A stretch of 64,000 nucleotides of DNA from positions 96,001 to 160,000 of the forward strand of contig JBMNJG010000012.1 of NCBI GenBank assembly GCA_050951545.1, written 5' to 3'. Made by a program: the position numbers and the translations under genes. A model generated the notes under the pieces. The model was not told the DNA's origin, searched no databases, and worked only from the letters and a program-made list of their open reading frames with translations. The stretch is from Limnochordia bacterium (GTDB lineage Bacteria > Bacillota > Limnochordia > DTU080). The number at the start of each line of letters is the position of its first letter. Position 1 is the first letter of the stretch. Below, one piece after another: positions 27,490 to 37,488 of the stretch.

Positions 27490-30120
27490 TTAGGGTTCTA
27501 CCTTCCGCATATGGTATGCCTCCAGGTGATCCCCTTCCTTGACATCATTGAAGCGCTCGATACCGATACCGCATTCATAGCCCTCAAGCACTTCACGGAC
27601 GTCGTCCTTAAACCGCTTGAGCGAGCTGATCTTTCCTTCATAGATGACCACTTGGTCACGCAGGACGCGCACCAAGGCGTTACGTAGTATCCTACCGTCT
27701 GTCACATAGCAGCCAGCGATGGTGCCGATATTGGGTACGCGGAAGGTGGCGCGCACCTCTGCCCTTCCCAATACGGCCTCTTCGTATTCAGGTTCCAGCA
27801 GACCAGTCATGGCTGCCTTGATGTCGTCAAGCGCCTCGTAGATCACTCTGTAGAGGCGGATATCCACTTCCTCGCGTTCTGCAGCTCGACGCGTGTCGGG
27901 TTCAGGGCGCACATTAAAGCCGATAATGATGGCGTTGGAAGCTGAAGCCAGCACCACGTCCGTCTCCGTGATTCCACCCGTGCCAGCATGAATGACGTTC
28001 ACACGAACTCGGTCGTCAGATAGCTTCTCCAGGCTGCTGCCGAGTGCTTCAACTGTTCCTTGTACGTCGGCCTTGACAATGATGTTAAGGTCTTTGACTA
28101 CCCCTTCTTCGATTTTGCTGAATAACTCTGATAGACGGAGACGTCCGGCCTTCTGAGTGTCCTTTCTTTCGTCTGAACGCTTCTCGGCCAGTTGACGAGC
28201 TGCTCGCTCATCGTCTAGAACCTCGACGCGGTCTCCAGCGGCGGGCACACCCTCTAAGCCCAGTATGGATACTGGTACCGAAGGCCCCGCCTCCTTGATG
28301 CTGCGACCACGGTAGTCAAACATGGCGCGAACGCGGCCCGACGTGGACCCGGCGACAACCATGTCACCTGTGCGCAGTGTTCCGTTCTGAATGAGCACTG
28401 TGGCTGTGGAACCCCGGTTCCGATCAAGTTCGGCCTCAATGACTGACCCCACAGCAGGCCGATCCGGGTTGGCTTTCAGTTCAGCCATCTCAGCGACGAG
28501 CAAGACCATCTCAAGCAGGTCTTCGATGCCTGCCTTCTTCAGGGCAGATACCTCGACCGTCACTGTGCTGCCACCCCAGTCCTCTGACAAGAGCTCGTGA
28601 TCGGCTAGTTGCTGCCTCACACGATCGGGATTGGCACCGGGGCGGTCCGTCTTGTTGATAGCCACAATAATGGGTACGTCAGCTGCCTTGGCGTGGTTCA
28701 GTGCCTCGACTGTTTGTGGCATGACTCCATCATCTGCAGCAACAACCAGGATGGCCAAATCAGTGATCTGAGCCCCGCGAGAGCGCATGGCAGTGAACGC
28801 TTCGTGACCCGGTGTGTCTAGGAAAGTAATGAGCTGACCGTTCTTTTCGACCTGGTAGGCGCCAGTGTGTTGCGTAATGCCCCCAGCCTCAGTCTCTACC
28901 ACCCTTGATTCACGAATCGCATCAAGCAGCGTGGTCTTTCCGTGATCGACGTGACCAAGAATAGTCACCACTGGGGGACGAGGCTGAAGTTTGCCTTTCT
29001 CCTCGTCGGGACTGATCGTGACCAGATGTTTTTTCTCCTTCGCAGGCCTCTGCACAACTCCACCCAACTTCTCTACCACCATGGAGGCAACATCAAAGTC
29101 GATGACGTTGTTGATCGCCGCCATGACACCTTCTTCCATGAGGGCCTTGATGACGGTGGTGGCAGGTAGATCGAGTTCACCTGCGAGATCTGCAACGGTG
29201 ATCGTATCTGGGATGACTATCGTCTTGGGACCCGTGGGCTGCGGAGGCGACTCAGGAGTTGATTTCGCAGCGGCCCCTCGAGCAGAACGTGGCCTTTGCT
29301 TGGCTGGTGGTCTGCGCCCAGTCGCTGACGCCGGACGACCCCCGGGACCACTGGCTCCGGGCCGACGAGACCTCGCGGCCCCGCTTTTTCGGCGTGCAGA
29401 AGTACTCGCCATTCCCGGCTGAGCTTGTGGTCTTTCCCCAGTCGCAGCCGTCGGCCTATCTTGGCGTGGGCCCCTTGGAGCCGATCGACGTTCGGCAGCC
29501 GGGCGCCCACTGGACCGTGAGGGTCGCGTGGGGGCAGGCCTTGACGTACGTGTCGCCGTCTCTTCATCTTCCTCATCTGCGAGACGGGTCGCAGGGCGTG
29601 GGCGGGCATCTCTCTGCCTCAGGGTCTCTTTGGGCGGCGCTTTCTGCGGCTGTGGCTCTGGTGGCGCGGCAGCGGCCTGTTTCGCGGCTGGCGGTTCAGC
29701 GGCGGTTGTCGCATCCTGCGCTGCCTCACTGGCGGTACCCAGTGACGAAGCTAACGCTTCGGCGCTCTTGGACACTGCAGCGGTTTCGCCATGCGCGCTC
29801 TGAGAAGCAGACTCATTCACAGCGACAGGAGCCTCATCAGTGGTCTCAGCTTCCTCCTGTGGCCGTTTCGCGCCTCTTCCTCTACGCACGCGCGGGGGCA
29901 TACCCACCGGGCGTGGCTTAACAGCTTGGGCAGATGAACCCGGAAGTGGTACTGACGGGGAAAAGCGTCGCCGCGCAAGCTCCGCATAACGTTCGTCGAC
30001 CACACTCATATGGTTTTTCACATCCGCGCCGAGCCCAGCAAGGTAACTGATGATCTCCTTGTTGTCAACGCTGAGATCCTTTGCCAGCTCGTAAACGCGT
30101 GTTTTCGGCATGAACATCAC
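27490..30120 (-). CDS. infB: Translation initiation factor IF-2
   Basis: [31 protein letters not shown]. Confidence 0.98.
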   Translation of the reverse strand: MMFMPKTRVYELAKDLSVDNKEIISYLAGLGADVKNHMSVVDERYAELARRRFSPSVPLPGSSAQAVKPRPVGMPPRVRRGRGAKRPQEEAETTDEAPVAVNESASQSAHGETAAVSKSAEALASSLGTASEAAQDATTAAEPPAAKQAAAAPPEPQPQKAPPKETLRQRDARPRPATRLADEEDEETATRTSRPAPTRPSRSSGRPAAERRSAPRGPRQDRPTAATGERPQAQPGMASTSARRKSGAARSRRPGASGPGGRPASATGRRPPAKQRPRSARGAAAKSTPESPPQPTGPKTIVIPDTITVADLAGELDLPATTVIKALMEEGVMAAINNVIDFDVASMVVEKLGGVVQRPAKEKKHLVTISPDEEKGKLQPRPPVVTILGHVDHGKTTLLDAIRESRVVETEAGGITQHTGAYQVEKNGQLITFLDTPGHEAFTAMRSRGAQITDLAILVVAADDGVMPQTVEALNHAKAADVPIIVAINKTDRPGANPDRVRQQLADHELLSEDWGGSTVTVEVSALKKAGIEDLLEMVLLVAEMAELKANPDRPAVGSVIEAELDRNRGSTATVLIQNGTLRTGDMVVAGSTSGRVRAMFDYRGRSIKEAGPSVPVSILGLEGVPAAGDRVEVLDDERAARQLAEKRSDERKDTQKAGRLRLSELFSKIEEGVVKDLNIIVKADVQGTVEALGSSLEKLSDDRVRVNVIHAGTGGITETDVVLASASNAIIIGFNVRPEPDTRRAAEREEVDIRLYRVIYEALDDIKAAMTGLLEPEYEEAVLGRAEVRATFRVPNIGTIAGCYVTDGRILRNALVRVLRDQVVIYEGKISSLKRFKDDVREVLEGYECGIGIERFNDVKEGDHLEAYHMRKVEP

Positions 30121-30133
30121 CCCAAAATCTTAA

Positions 30134-30433
30134 CTAATCGCTCTTGGCGGCTACCTGTAGGTTTCTGGCGAGGGCTGGGTCACAGATACCAATGACAGCA
30201 CGACCCGATCTCCCTATCGCCTTGCCCAGAGTATCTTTGGTAGCCATCTGCACAAACGGAACACCTCTACGAGCGGCCCTAGTCAGGAATCTGCGCTTGA
30301 CATTGTCGGAGGCATCGTTGGCGAGCACGAGTAGATAGACTCGGTTTCTCTCCAGTGCCTCCTCACATGCGGCGTCGCCGGAAACCAGGCGGCCAGCAGC
30401 CTGTGCGATTCCCAACAAAGAAAGGAACCTCAC
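30134..30433 (-). CDS. ylxQ: L7Ae-family RNA-binding protein YlxQ
   Basis: LG.A..AG.LVSG, A.DAS, LGKAIG. Confidence 0.9.
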   Translation of the reverse strand: MRFLSLLGIAQAAGRLVSGDAACEEALERNRVYLLVLANDASDNVKRRFLTRAARRGVPFVQMATKDTLGKAIGRSGRAVIGICDPALARNLQVAAKSD

Positions 30434-30702
30434 TTGACAGACTCCGAAAGCTGTTGCCGCAAGGTCTCCACGAGTTCCGCAGCCATGGGCCTTGCTAGAG
30501 CCCTTTCGAGGCTCTTGGTAGCTACAGCTTGCTCAAGACAACTCAGCGAAGGACAGATGTAGGCACCACGTCCAGAGGCCCTGCCACTGGGATCTAGATG
30601 AACATTCCCCTGCGGGTCGCGCACAATGCGCAGTAGTTCCTTTTTGCCCTTTACCTGACGACAACCTACGCAGGTTCTTTGGGGAACTCTTCTCGGGCGC
30701 AT
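30430..30702 (-). CDS. ylxR: YlxR / DUF448 protein
   Basis: PQRTCVGC, GRGAYIC. Confidence 0.92.
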   Translation of the reverse strand: MRPRRVPQRTCVGCRQVKGKKELLRIVRDPQGNVHLDPSGRASGRGAYICPSLSCLEQAVATKSLERALARPMAAELVETLRQQLSESVK

Positions 30703-30716
30703 AACCTAACCTTCTC

Positions 30717-32228
30717 TCACTGCTTGTCGCTGAGCTTATCCATGAGTTTTGCCAGATCCGCAAGATCCTTGAGCACGATCGTCTCTTTCTCTTTCCCCTG
30801 CTTCTTGGCACGTTTAGTGTCTGTACCAGAGAGCGGCGCCAGTTCTTTCTCTATGCTTTCTGGCTGCTCAGGGGCAGACTCTGGAACTGCGCCAGCGTGT
30901 TCTTCTGCAGTAAACAACGAAGGCAGTTCGTCTTCGTCACCTTCGACCTCGTCCAGAAGCTGATCAATCTCCCGCCGCTTCGGCGAGCGTGGCTTTTTGC
31001 CTCTTGGTGTTTCGACTGTGCTATCTGATTCGGGTTGGGCGGGCTGTGACACAGAAAGCTCTGTCTGTAGCTCATCTGCCGGATCCGATTCTGTGGTCGA
31101 GAGCTCATCTTGCTCTATGTCAGTCTTCTCCTCATCTGGCGCATCGTCGTCGCGAGGTGGGATGGCAAACATTCGCCGGGCCTCCATGGCGAGAAGCTCC
31201 TGCATCTGACTCTCACTCTTGATATCGATCTTCCAGCCAGTCAGACGAGCACCCAAACGGGCGTTTTGGCCCTCCTTGCCGATCGCCAACGAGAGCTGGT
31301 GATCCGGAACTACGGCTCGTGCCGTCTTCTCACCATCCATGATGTGCACTCTCAAGACGCGTGCGGGACTGAGAGCGCTCGCAATGAACAGCTCAGGGTC
31401 ACTGCTCCACTGCACAATATCGATCTTCTCACCTCTCAGCTCCTGTACCACTGCCTGGACCCGCATTCCGCGCGGACCTACACACGCGCCGACCGGGTCG
31501 ACATTTGGATCTCGGGAGTAGACGGCCATTTTGGAGCGACTTCCGGCTTCCCGCGCCACCGCTCTCAGCTCCACGATGCCATCGTGAATCTCAGGAACCT
31601 CAAGCTCGAAGAGCCGCTTGAGTAGACCAGGGTGCGTGCGAGAGGCGACAACCTGGGGCCCCCGGGTCGTCTTGCGCACTTCTGTGACGTAGACTTTCAT
31701 GCGCGTCCCGTGGCCATAGTTTTCCCTAGTGATTTGCTCGCTAGGAGGAAGGATGGCTTCTACCTTGCCGAGATCGACTAGCACATTTCGATGCTCTGTG
31801 CGCTGTACGATGCCCGTGACGATATCGCCCTCGCGGTCCTGGAACTCCTCGAAGATCATGGCTCGCTCGGCTTCCCGAATCCGTTGAATGACTACCTGCT
31901 TGGCAGTCTGTGCAGCGATACGTCCGAAGTCGCGAGGAGTTACCTCTATCTCTACAACATCATCAAGCTGGTAATTGGCATCGATGGCTTTGGCATCCTC
32001 GAGGTTGATCTCGTTCGCCTCTTCGAGAACCTCTTCTACCACATCCTTGCGGGCATAGACCTTGATGTCGCCACTGTTGTCTAGCTCCACGCGCACATTC
32101 TGCGCAGACCCGTAATTGCGTTTATAGGCTGATACAATAGCAGCCTCAATCGCCTCAAAGAGAATCGCCTTGGGGATGCCACGCTCCTTCTCGAGTTCCC
32201 CGAGGGCCGCCACTAGCTCCAGATTCAT
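30717..32228 (-). CDS. nusA: Transcription factor NusA with long acidic C-terminal tail
   Basis: FGRIAAQTAKQV, LFELEVPEI, GACVG, AIGKEGQN. Confidence 0.97.
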   Translation of the reverse strand: MNLELVAALGELEKERGIPKAILFEAIEAAIVSAYKRNYGSAQNVRVELDNSGDIKVYARKDVVEEVLEEANEINLEDAKAIDANYQLDDVVEIEVTPRDFGRIAAQTAKQVVIQRIREAERAMIFEEFQDREGDIVTGIVQRTEHRNVLVDLGKVEAILPPSEQITRENYGHGTRMKVYVTEVRKTTRGPQVVASRTHPGLLKRLFELEVPEIHDGIVELRAVAREAGSRSKMAVYSRDPNVDPVGACVGPRGMRVQAVVQELRGEKIDIVQWSSDPELFIASALSPARVLRVHIMDGEKTARAVVPDHQLSLAIGKEGQNARLGARLTGWKIDIKSESQMQELLAMEARRMFAIPPRDDDAPDEEKTDIEQDELSTTESDPADELQTELSVSQPAQPESDSTVETPRGKKPRSPKRREIDQLLDEVEGDEDELPSLFTAEEHAGAVPESAPEQPESIEKELAPLSGTDTKRAKKQGKEKETIVLKDLADLAKLMDKLSDKQ

Positions 32229-32282
32229 GTCCTTACTCCAGCCTCCCTGTTAGATCACTATCACGCCTCTCGGCTCCTGAGG

Positions 32283-32738
32283 TCATATTTGAGGAACCAA
32301 GTTAGCCTTTGCTACCTGCTGGAGGGGTATGAGCACTTGCTCTCCTTCCACCTCCATCGCCACGTTGCCGTCCCGCAAACCCGTGAGAACGCCGCGGAAG
32401 TTGCGCTGACCTCCGATAGCTTGATACGTGCGCAGCTGGACAAGGCTACCGGCGAAACGCTCGAAATCCGTTTCTCGCTTCAAGGAGCGATCAAGCCCCG
32501 GCGATGACACCTGGAGATAGTAGCTGGAGGCGACCGGATCAGCGGCATCGAGAATAGGATCTATTTGGCGGCTCAGGAGCGCACAGTCATCTACAGTGAC
32601 GCCACCGGGCTTGTCGATAAGCAAGCGCAGCACCATGTCTCTGCCCTCTTTGACGTACTCGACGTCGACCAGCTCGAAACCTAGAGCGGTGCATTGCGGC
32701 TCGGCTAGTTTGGTGACCTCATCGACGACCCTGCTCAC
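32283..32738 (-). CDS. rimP: Ribosome maturation factor RimP
   Basis: ELVDVEY, DDC, VSSPGLDR. Confidence 0.96.
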   Translation of the reverse strand: MSRVVDEVTKLAEPQCTALGFELVDVEYVKEGRDMVLRLLIDKPGGVTVDDCALLSRQIDPILDAADPVASSYYLQVSSPGLDRSLKRETDFERFAGSLVQLRTYQAIGGQRNFRGVLTGLRDGNVAMEVEGEQVLIPLQQVAKANLVPQI

Positions 32739-32772
32739 GGGCCCTGCCTCCTCGCATCTATCTTATACAGTG

Positions 32773-32868
32773 CAAAAGAGTGGGGAGATCCCACTCTTTC
32801 CGGCACGCAACATCACGGAATCGGACAAATGACGTATATAGTATAGCACCTTGACGACGGGTTAGCAA
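32773..32868 (-). promoter_or_regulatory. rimP sigma-A promoter and leader hairpin/attenuator
   Basis: TTGCTA-N17-TATACT with TG extension; AAAGAGTGGG-GAGAT-CCCACTCTTT hairpin. Confidence 0.7.
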
Positions 32869-32894
32869 GGTGGTTGAGGACCTCTGTTGGGTCA

Positions 32895-35800
32895 CTAAAA
32901 CAGGGTGAGCTGGTCGGATTCTGGCAGCCCCTCGAGAGCACCATGCTTGGCCAGTACGTCGGTCACTGCCCTTGAGACACCAGCGCGTTTCCGAAGATCC
33001 TCCACAGAGGTGAAGCGACGGTCATTACGTGCTGTGACCAGGGCTTCAGCGGCGCTTTCCCCTACCCCCTGGAGGCCAGTGAGCGGCGGACGCAGGCTGT
33101 TTTCCACAATGGTGAAGCGCCTAATGTCTGAGCGATACAGATCCACTGGCAAGAAACCGATCCCTCTGGCCATAACTTCCAGGGCCACTTCTAGGAGGGT
33201 GATCAGGCTCCTTTCTTTGCCCGTAGCCTCATTGCCTTTCTCATCGAGCTGCTTGAGCGTCTTTTGCACAACAGGCTTTCCTTGCAGAATCAGCTGCGCA
33301 TCAAAGTCGTCGGCGCGAACCGAGAAATAGGCCGCATAAAAATCTAGTGGATGATGCACCTTGTAGTACGCTTGCCAGAAAGCCATGATAGCATAGGCAG
33401 CGGCATGCGCCTTCGGAAACAGGTAACTGATCTTCTTGCAGGAGTCAATGTACCATCGCGGCACGCCATGTTCGAGCATTAGCGATTCGTCTTCGGATGT
33501 CAGTCCCCTGCCCTTGCGTACCCGCTCCATGATCCGGAAAGCCGTTTCGGCTGGCAGACCCTCGCGAATCAGATGGATCATGATGTCGTCTCGACAGGCG
33601 ATGGTTTCTGCGAGACTTGCTGTCTCCTTGCGCACCAGATCCTGAGCATTATTGAGCCAGACGTCTGTGCCATGCGATAGGCCCATGATACGTACGAGGT
33701 CAGCGAAGGTCGCGGGCCGCGTGTCTTCAAGCATCTGGCGCACAAAGCGCGTGTTGTACTCAGGTATGGCGAGAGTTCCCACTGTGCTACCGGCCTCTTG
33801 CGGGCTAATGCCCAGGGCCTCCAGGCCGGAGAAAAGACTCATCGCCTTTGGGTCATCCAAAGGAATCTCGTCTGCTTTCACACCAGTGGATTGCTCTAAG
33901 AGACGAATCATGGTGGGGCCGTCGTGACCGAGGATGTCCAGTTTCAGAAGCTGGTCTTCCATATAGGCATAGGCAAAGTGGGTAGTGATGACCCCACTGC
34001 TCTTGTCATTGGCAGGGTGCTGCACCGGAGTAAACTCGTATATCTCTCTGCCGCGGGGAACCACCATGATTCCCCCGGGATGCTGCCCACTGGTACGCCG
34101 CACGCCAGTGACGCCCAACGACAGGCGGTTGATCTCAGCGCTGCGGGCAGTGAGGCCTTTCTCATCGAGATATTTCCGCACATACCCATAGGCCGTCTTC
34201 GCGGCCAAGGTGGCGATCGTCCCCGCCCGAAACACGTTCTCTTTTCCGAAGAGCTCTTCCGTGTACTGATGGGCCCGTGGCTGGTACTCGCCCGAGAAGT
34301 TGAGGTCAATGTCAGGGATCTTGCCCACCCCATCAAAGCCCAAGAACGTTTCAAAAGGAATGTCGAAGCCATCGCGACGCAGCGGTTTTTCGCAGTTGGG
34401 ACACTCCTTTGGTGGCAGGTCTGGACCTGAACCTATCAGACCACTGAGGTCGGTCTCGAAATAGCTGCAGGCTGGGCACGCGTAATGAGGCGGAAGCGGG
34501 TTGACTTCGGATACCCCGCACAGCAGGGCCACCAGTGAAGAGCCAACAGAGCCCCGAGAGCCAACAATGTAACCGTCACTCACCGATTTCGCCACAAGCT
34601 TATGGGCGATCATATACAACGAAGCGAAGCCATTACCGATAATCGACTGCAGCTCCTCGTCCAGACGAGCGGCTACTAGTTCGGGAAGCGGATCACCGTA
34701 CAAGCAGCGGGCGTTCTTCTCGCACATTTGCTGCAGTTCCTCTTCTGCTCTCTCCAGATGAGGTGGGTAGAAACCTTCGGGGATCGGCCGAAGCTCTTCT
34801 ATCGTGTCCGCAACTCGCTGCGGCGCCTCAACCACCACTTCATGGGCCAGCGTCGCCCCCAGATAGTCGAATTCAGCCAGCATCTCATCGGTCGTCTGGA
34901 AATAGAGAGGTGCAGTGGTCTCTACATCGGAGAAACCATGACCAGCCATCAGAATACGTCGGTAGATCTCATCCGCAGGATCTACGTAGTGTGCATCCGA
35001 TGTGGCCACAACAGGTTTGCCCAGCTTGTGACCTATGGCCACGATGCGTCTGTTGATCTCCCTCAGAGTCTCCTCTGACGCCACCCTACCAGCCTCGATG
35101 TGAAAACTCGTGTTGGCGAGAGGTTGGATCTCAAGATAATCATAGAAGGAGGCGATCTCCTCAGTCTGTTCATCAGATGCTCCCGCCAGAATGGCCTGGT
35201 ACAGCTCGCCAGCCTCGCACGCCGTACCAAAGAGAAGCCCGTCGCGCAGGCGAATGAGTTCGCTGCGTGGGAGACGAGGTCTCCGGTAGAAATGATCGAT
35301 GTGAGAGAGGGAGACGAGACGATACAGGTTACGCAACCCCTCTGCAGTGGCAGCTAGGATCACTATGTGAGGAGTGCGACCGCGTTCATCGTGGTCATCT
35401 GCCAGATAGCCCTCGAGGCCATAGAGGATCTTGATGCCGTGTTTCTGCCCAGCGGCGTATGCTTCAGGGAAAGCTTGTACGACACCGTGGTCTGTAATAG
35501 CCACTGCCGGGTGTCCCCACGCACTCGCCCGCTGCACAATATCGGCAACATCTGCCACGCCGTCTAGAGCACTCATCTTGGTGTGGATATGCAGCTCTAC
35601 TCGCTTTTCCGGTGCGGTATCCAGGCGCTTCTGAGGTGGAGGAATGCGACAGATATCCTTAGGCAAGAGTGTAAGCTCCTGAGAGTAGCTGTCATGCTGC
35701 ACTGCCCCTCGTATACTCAGCCAGGAGCCCGTCGAAATCCGCCTCATCCAATCGTCACGTTCTTCGGCAAAGGTCTTCACGCTGATCGAGTCAGCGTCAT

Positions 35801-36356
35801 CAGTGATGTCAAAAAGAACTAGATGGCGTCCGGAACGCATCTCTCGCACATCCATTTGGAGGACTCGTCCTCGGACGACCACCGAGCGTTCTTCGTCTTG
35901 GATACTGGTCAAAGGCTGCGGCTCTTGCCCGATGGCCTGTCCGAGGATGACCTCAACACTGTCACCTTGGCTGTCGTTCTTACTCTCTGCGTTGTTCTGC
36001 TCGTCCTGGATGCGTTGCATGATGGTCTCCATGTAGTGGTCATCGGTGGCCTCATCTAGAGGATCCACCTCCAATGCTTCGTGAGTCGCTGCGACCTCCT
36101 GCCATCCTGGATCGTATAGCAGTTCGACACGAGTCAGCTCAAGAGCAGAGGCCAGTGCGTCAGCCAGTTTCGAGCAGGCTTCAGCGTCGCTGTCTTGAAT
36201 GGGCTGTTTGAGGAAAACGCGCCACACATTAGCCTTAGGCAACACTTCCACGTGGCTGATCACTGCGTCAATGGCCGGAGATACTCCCGCTGCTAGACAC
36301 AGATCACGCAACCCCGACTTGTCTGGTTGGGGTTCCACGATGCACAACAGATCCAC
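32895..36356 (-). CDS. polC: DNA polymerase III alpha, PolC type, lacking the embedded 3'-5' exonuclease
   Basis: OB domain, PHP (ELHIHTKMS, TDH, SDAH), GSRGSVGSS, PDIDLNFSGEYQ, KLDILGH; GTG start at 36356 by RBS (alternative ATG at 36371). Confidence 0.95.
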   Translation of the reverse strand: MDLLCIVEPQPDKSGLRDLCLAAGVSPAIDAVISHVEVLPKANVWRVFLKQPIQDSDAEACSKLADALASALELTRVELLYDPGWQEVAATHEALEVDPLDEATDDHYMETIMQRIQDEQNNAESKNDSQGDSVEVILGQAIGQEPQPLTSIQDEERSVVVRGRVLQMDVREMRSGRHLVLFDITDDADSISVKTFAEERDDWMRRISTGSWLSIRGAVQHDSYSQELTLLPKDICRIPPPQKRLDTAPEKRVELHIHTKMSALDGVADVADIVQRASAWGHPAVAITDHGVVQAFPEAYAAGQKHGIKILYGLEGYLADDHDERGRTPHIVILAATAEGLRNLYRLVSLSHIDHFYRRPRLPRSELIRLRDGLLFGTACEAGELYQAILAGASDEQTEEIASFYDYLEIQPLANTSFHIEAGRVASEETLREINRRIVAIGHKLGKPVVATSDAHYVDPADEIYRRILMAGHGFSDVETTAPLYFQTTDEMLAEFDYLGATLAHEVVVEAPQRVADTIEELRPIPEGFYPPHLERAEEELQQMCEKNARCLYGDPLPELVAARLDEELQSIIGNGFASLYMIAHKLVAKSVSDGYIVGSRGSVGSSLVALLCGVSEVNPLPPHYACPACSYFETDLSGLIGSGPDLPPKECPNCEKPLRRDGFDIPFETFLGFDGVGKIPDIDLNFSGEYQPRAHQYTEELFGKENVFRAGTIATLAAKTAYGYVRKYLDEKGLTARSAEINRLSLGVTGVRRTSGQHPGGIMVVPRGREIYEFTPVQHPANDKSSGVITTHFAYAYMEDQLLKLDILGHDGPTMIRLLEQSTGVKADEIPLDDPKAMSLFSGLEALGISPQEAGSTVGTLAIPEYNTRFVRQMLEDTRPATFADLVRIMGLSHGTDVWLNNAQDLVRKETASLAETIACRDDIMIHLIREGLPAETAFRIMERVRKGRGLTSEDESLMLEHGVPRWYIDSCKKISYLFPKAHAAAYAIMAFWQAYYKVHHPLDFYAAYFSVRADDFDAQLILQGKPVVQKTLKQLDEKGNEATGKERSLITLLEVALEVMARGIGFLPVDLYRSDIRRFTIVENSLRPPLTGLQGVGESAAEALVTARNDRRFTSVEDLRKRAGVSRAVTDVLAKHGALEGLPESDQLTLF

Positions 36357-36370
36357 AGAACAGACCTCCA

Positions 36371-37465
36371 TTAGGTGCCCTGGAAAAACCGAGCGACATC
36401 CTGGTAGGTCGCGTAGACCAACAGGAGCAGCAGCAAGGCCAAGCCGACGAACTGCATCATGCCTCGCTGCTCCGGCTTCAGAGGCTTTCCCCTAAGTGCT
36501 TCGAACACCAGCAAGACAACCCAGAAACCGTCTAGTGCCGGAATGGGAAACAGGTTGAACAAGCCCAAGTTGATATTCAGAAGGATGGCCAGCCGCAAGA
36601 GTGAGCCCAGGCCCTCTTGGACGGCACTGCCAGTAATGACAAAGATGCCGACTGGGCCCGACAACTCCGCTCGAGTTCGGCCCGAGATCATTCGCGCCAC
36701 AACTCGAGCCACGCCAAGTGTCCAGCTATAGGTCTCTATTGCGCCCAGGCGGAGACTAGTCAGCAGCGGTTGGCGTTGTTGATCGAAGAGGGTGACACCG
36801 AGCATCCCCACTTGCCGTTGTGGGTCGAGGCGCGGCACGACCACGAAGGCCAGCGGCTGGTCCCCTCTGAGTACACTCAACGATAGCGATGTACCAGCGC
36901 GAGGTTGCACAAAGCCCACAACTTGTTCCGAAGCCGAGATGGGCTGTTCGTTGATGCTCACAATCTGGTCGCCTGGCTGTATCCCAGCCACGGCAGCCGG
37001 GCTTCCCACCTCCACCTCTTGAATGGTGGGGGGTATAGTGACTGCCATGTGGTAGATCACGATCAGCACAAAGGCGAGAATGAAGTTCATGAAGGGGCCT
37101 GCGCACACAAACGCTAGGCGCTGCCATAGGGGTCTGGCTTCGAACGTCTCTGCGAGAGGCACTTCCTCTTCACACGCTTCAGGAGCAGCATCCATACCGG
37201 CGATCTTGACAAAGCCTCCCAAGGGCACGGCTCGTACGGAGTACAGTGTCTGCCCTCTTTTTCGCTGACAAAGACTGGGGCCAAAACCCAAGGCAAACTC
37301 GAAGACCCTAATGCCAGCCAACTTAGCCGCACTGAAGTGGCCAAACTCGTGAAACAGCACGATCAGTCCGAAGATGACTACGAACCCCAGCACCGTTGAC
37401 GTGGCAACGGAAATGAGCTGTGCGAAGCGCCCAAATGCCTGAGCAATCACTTGGCTCACCAGCAT
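36371..37465 (-). CDS. rseP: RIP metalloprotease RseP
   Basis: HEFGH, AGPFMN, PDZ domain, NLFPIPALDG. Confidence 0.95.
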   Translation of the reverse strand: MLVSQVIAQAFGRFAQLISVATSTVLGFVVIFGLIVLFHEFGHFSAAKLAGIRVFEFALGFGPSLCQRKRGQTLYSVRAVPLGGFVKIAGMDAAPEACEEEVPLAETFEARPLWQRLAFVCAGPFMNFILAFVLIVIYHMAVTIPPTIQEVEVGSPAAVAGIQPGDQIVSINEQPISASEQVVGFVQPRAGTSLSLSVLRGDQPLAFVVVPRLDPQRQVGMLGVTLFDQQRQPLLTSLRLGAIETYSWTLGVARVVARMISGRTRAELSGPVGIFVITGSAVQEGLGSLLRLAILLNINLGLFNLFPIPALDGFWVVLLVFEALRGKPLKPEQRGMMQFVGLALLLLLLVYATYQDVARFFQGT

Positions 37466-37488
37466 TCCCTCTTTTCTACAGGCCGATT

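Noticed and set aside
29259-29921. 220-aa plus-strand ORF and similar antisense ORFs (39803-40399, 43385-44113, 62465-63121)
   Set aside because: They lie opposite well-conserved genes (infB, cdsA, rpsB/tsf, smc) and are expected in GC-rich DNA
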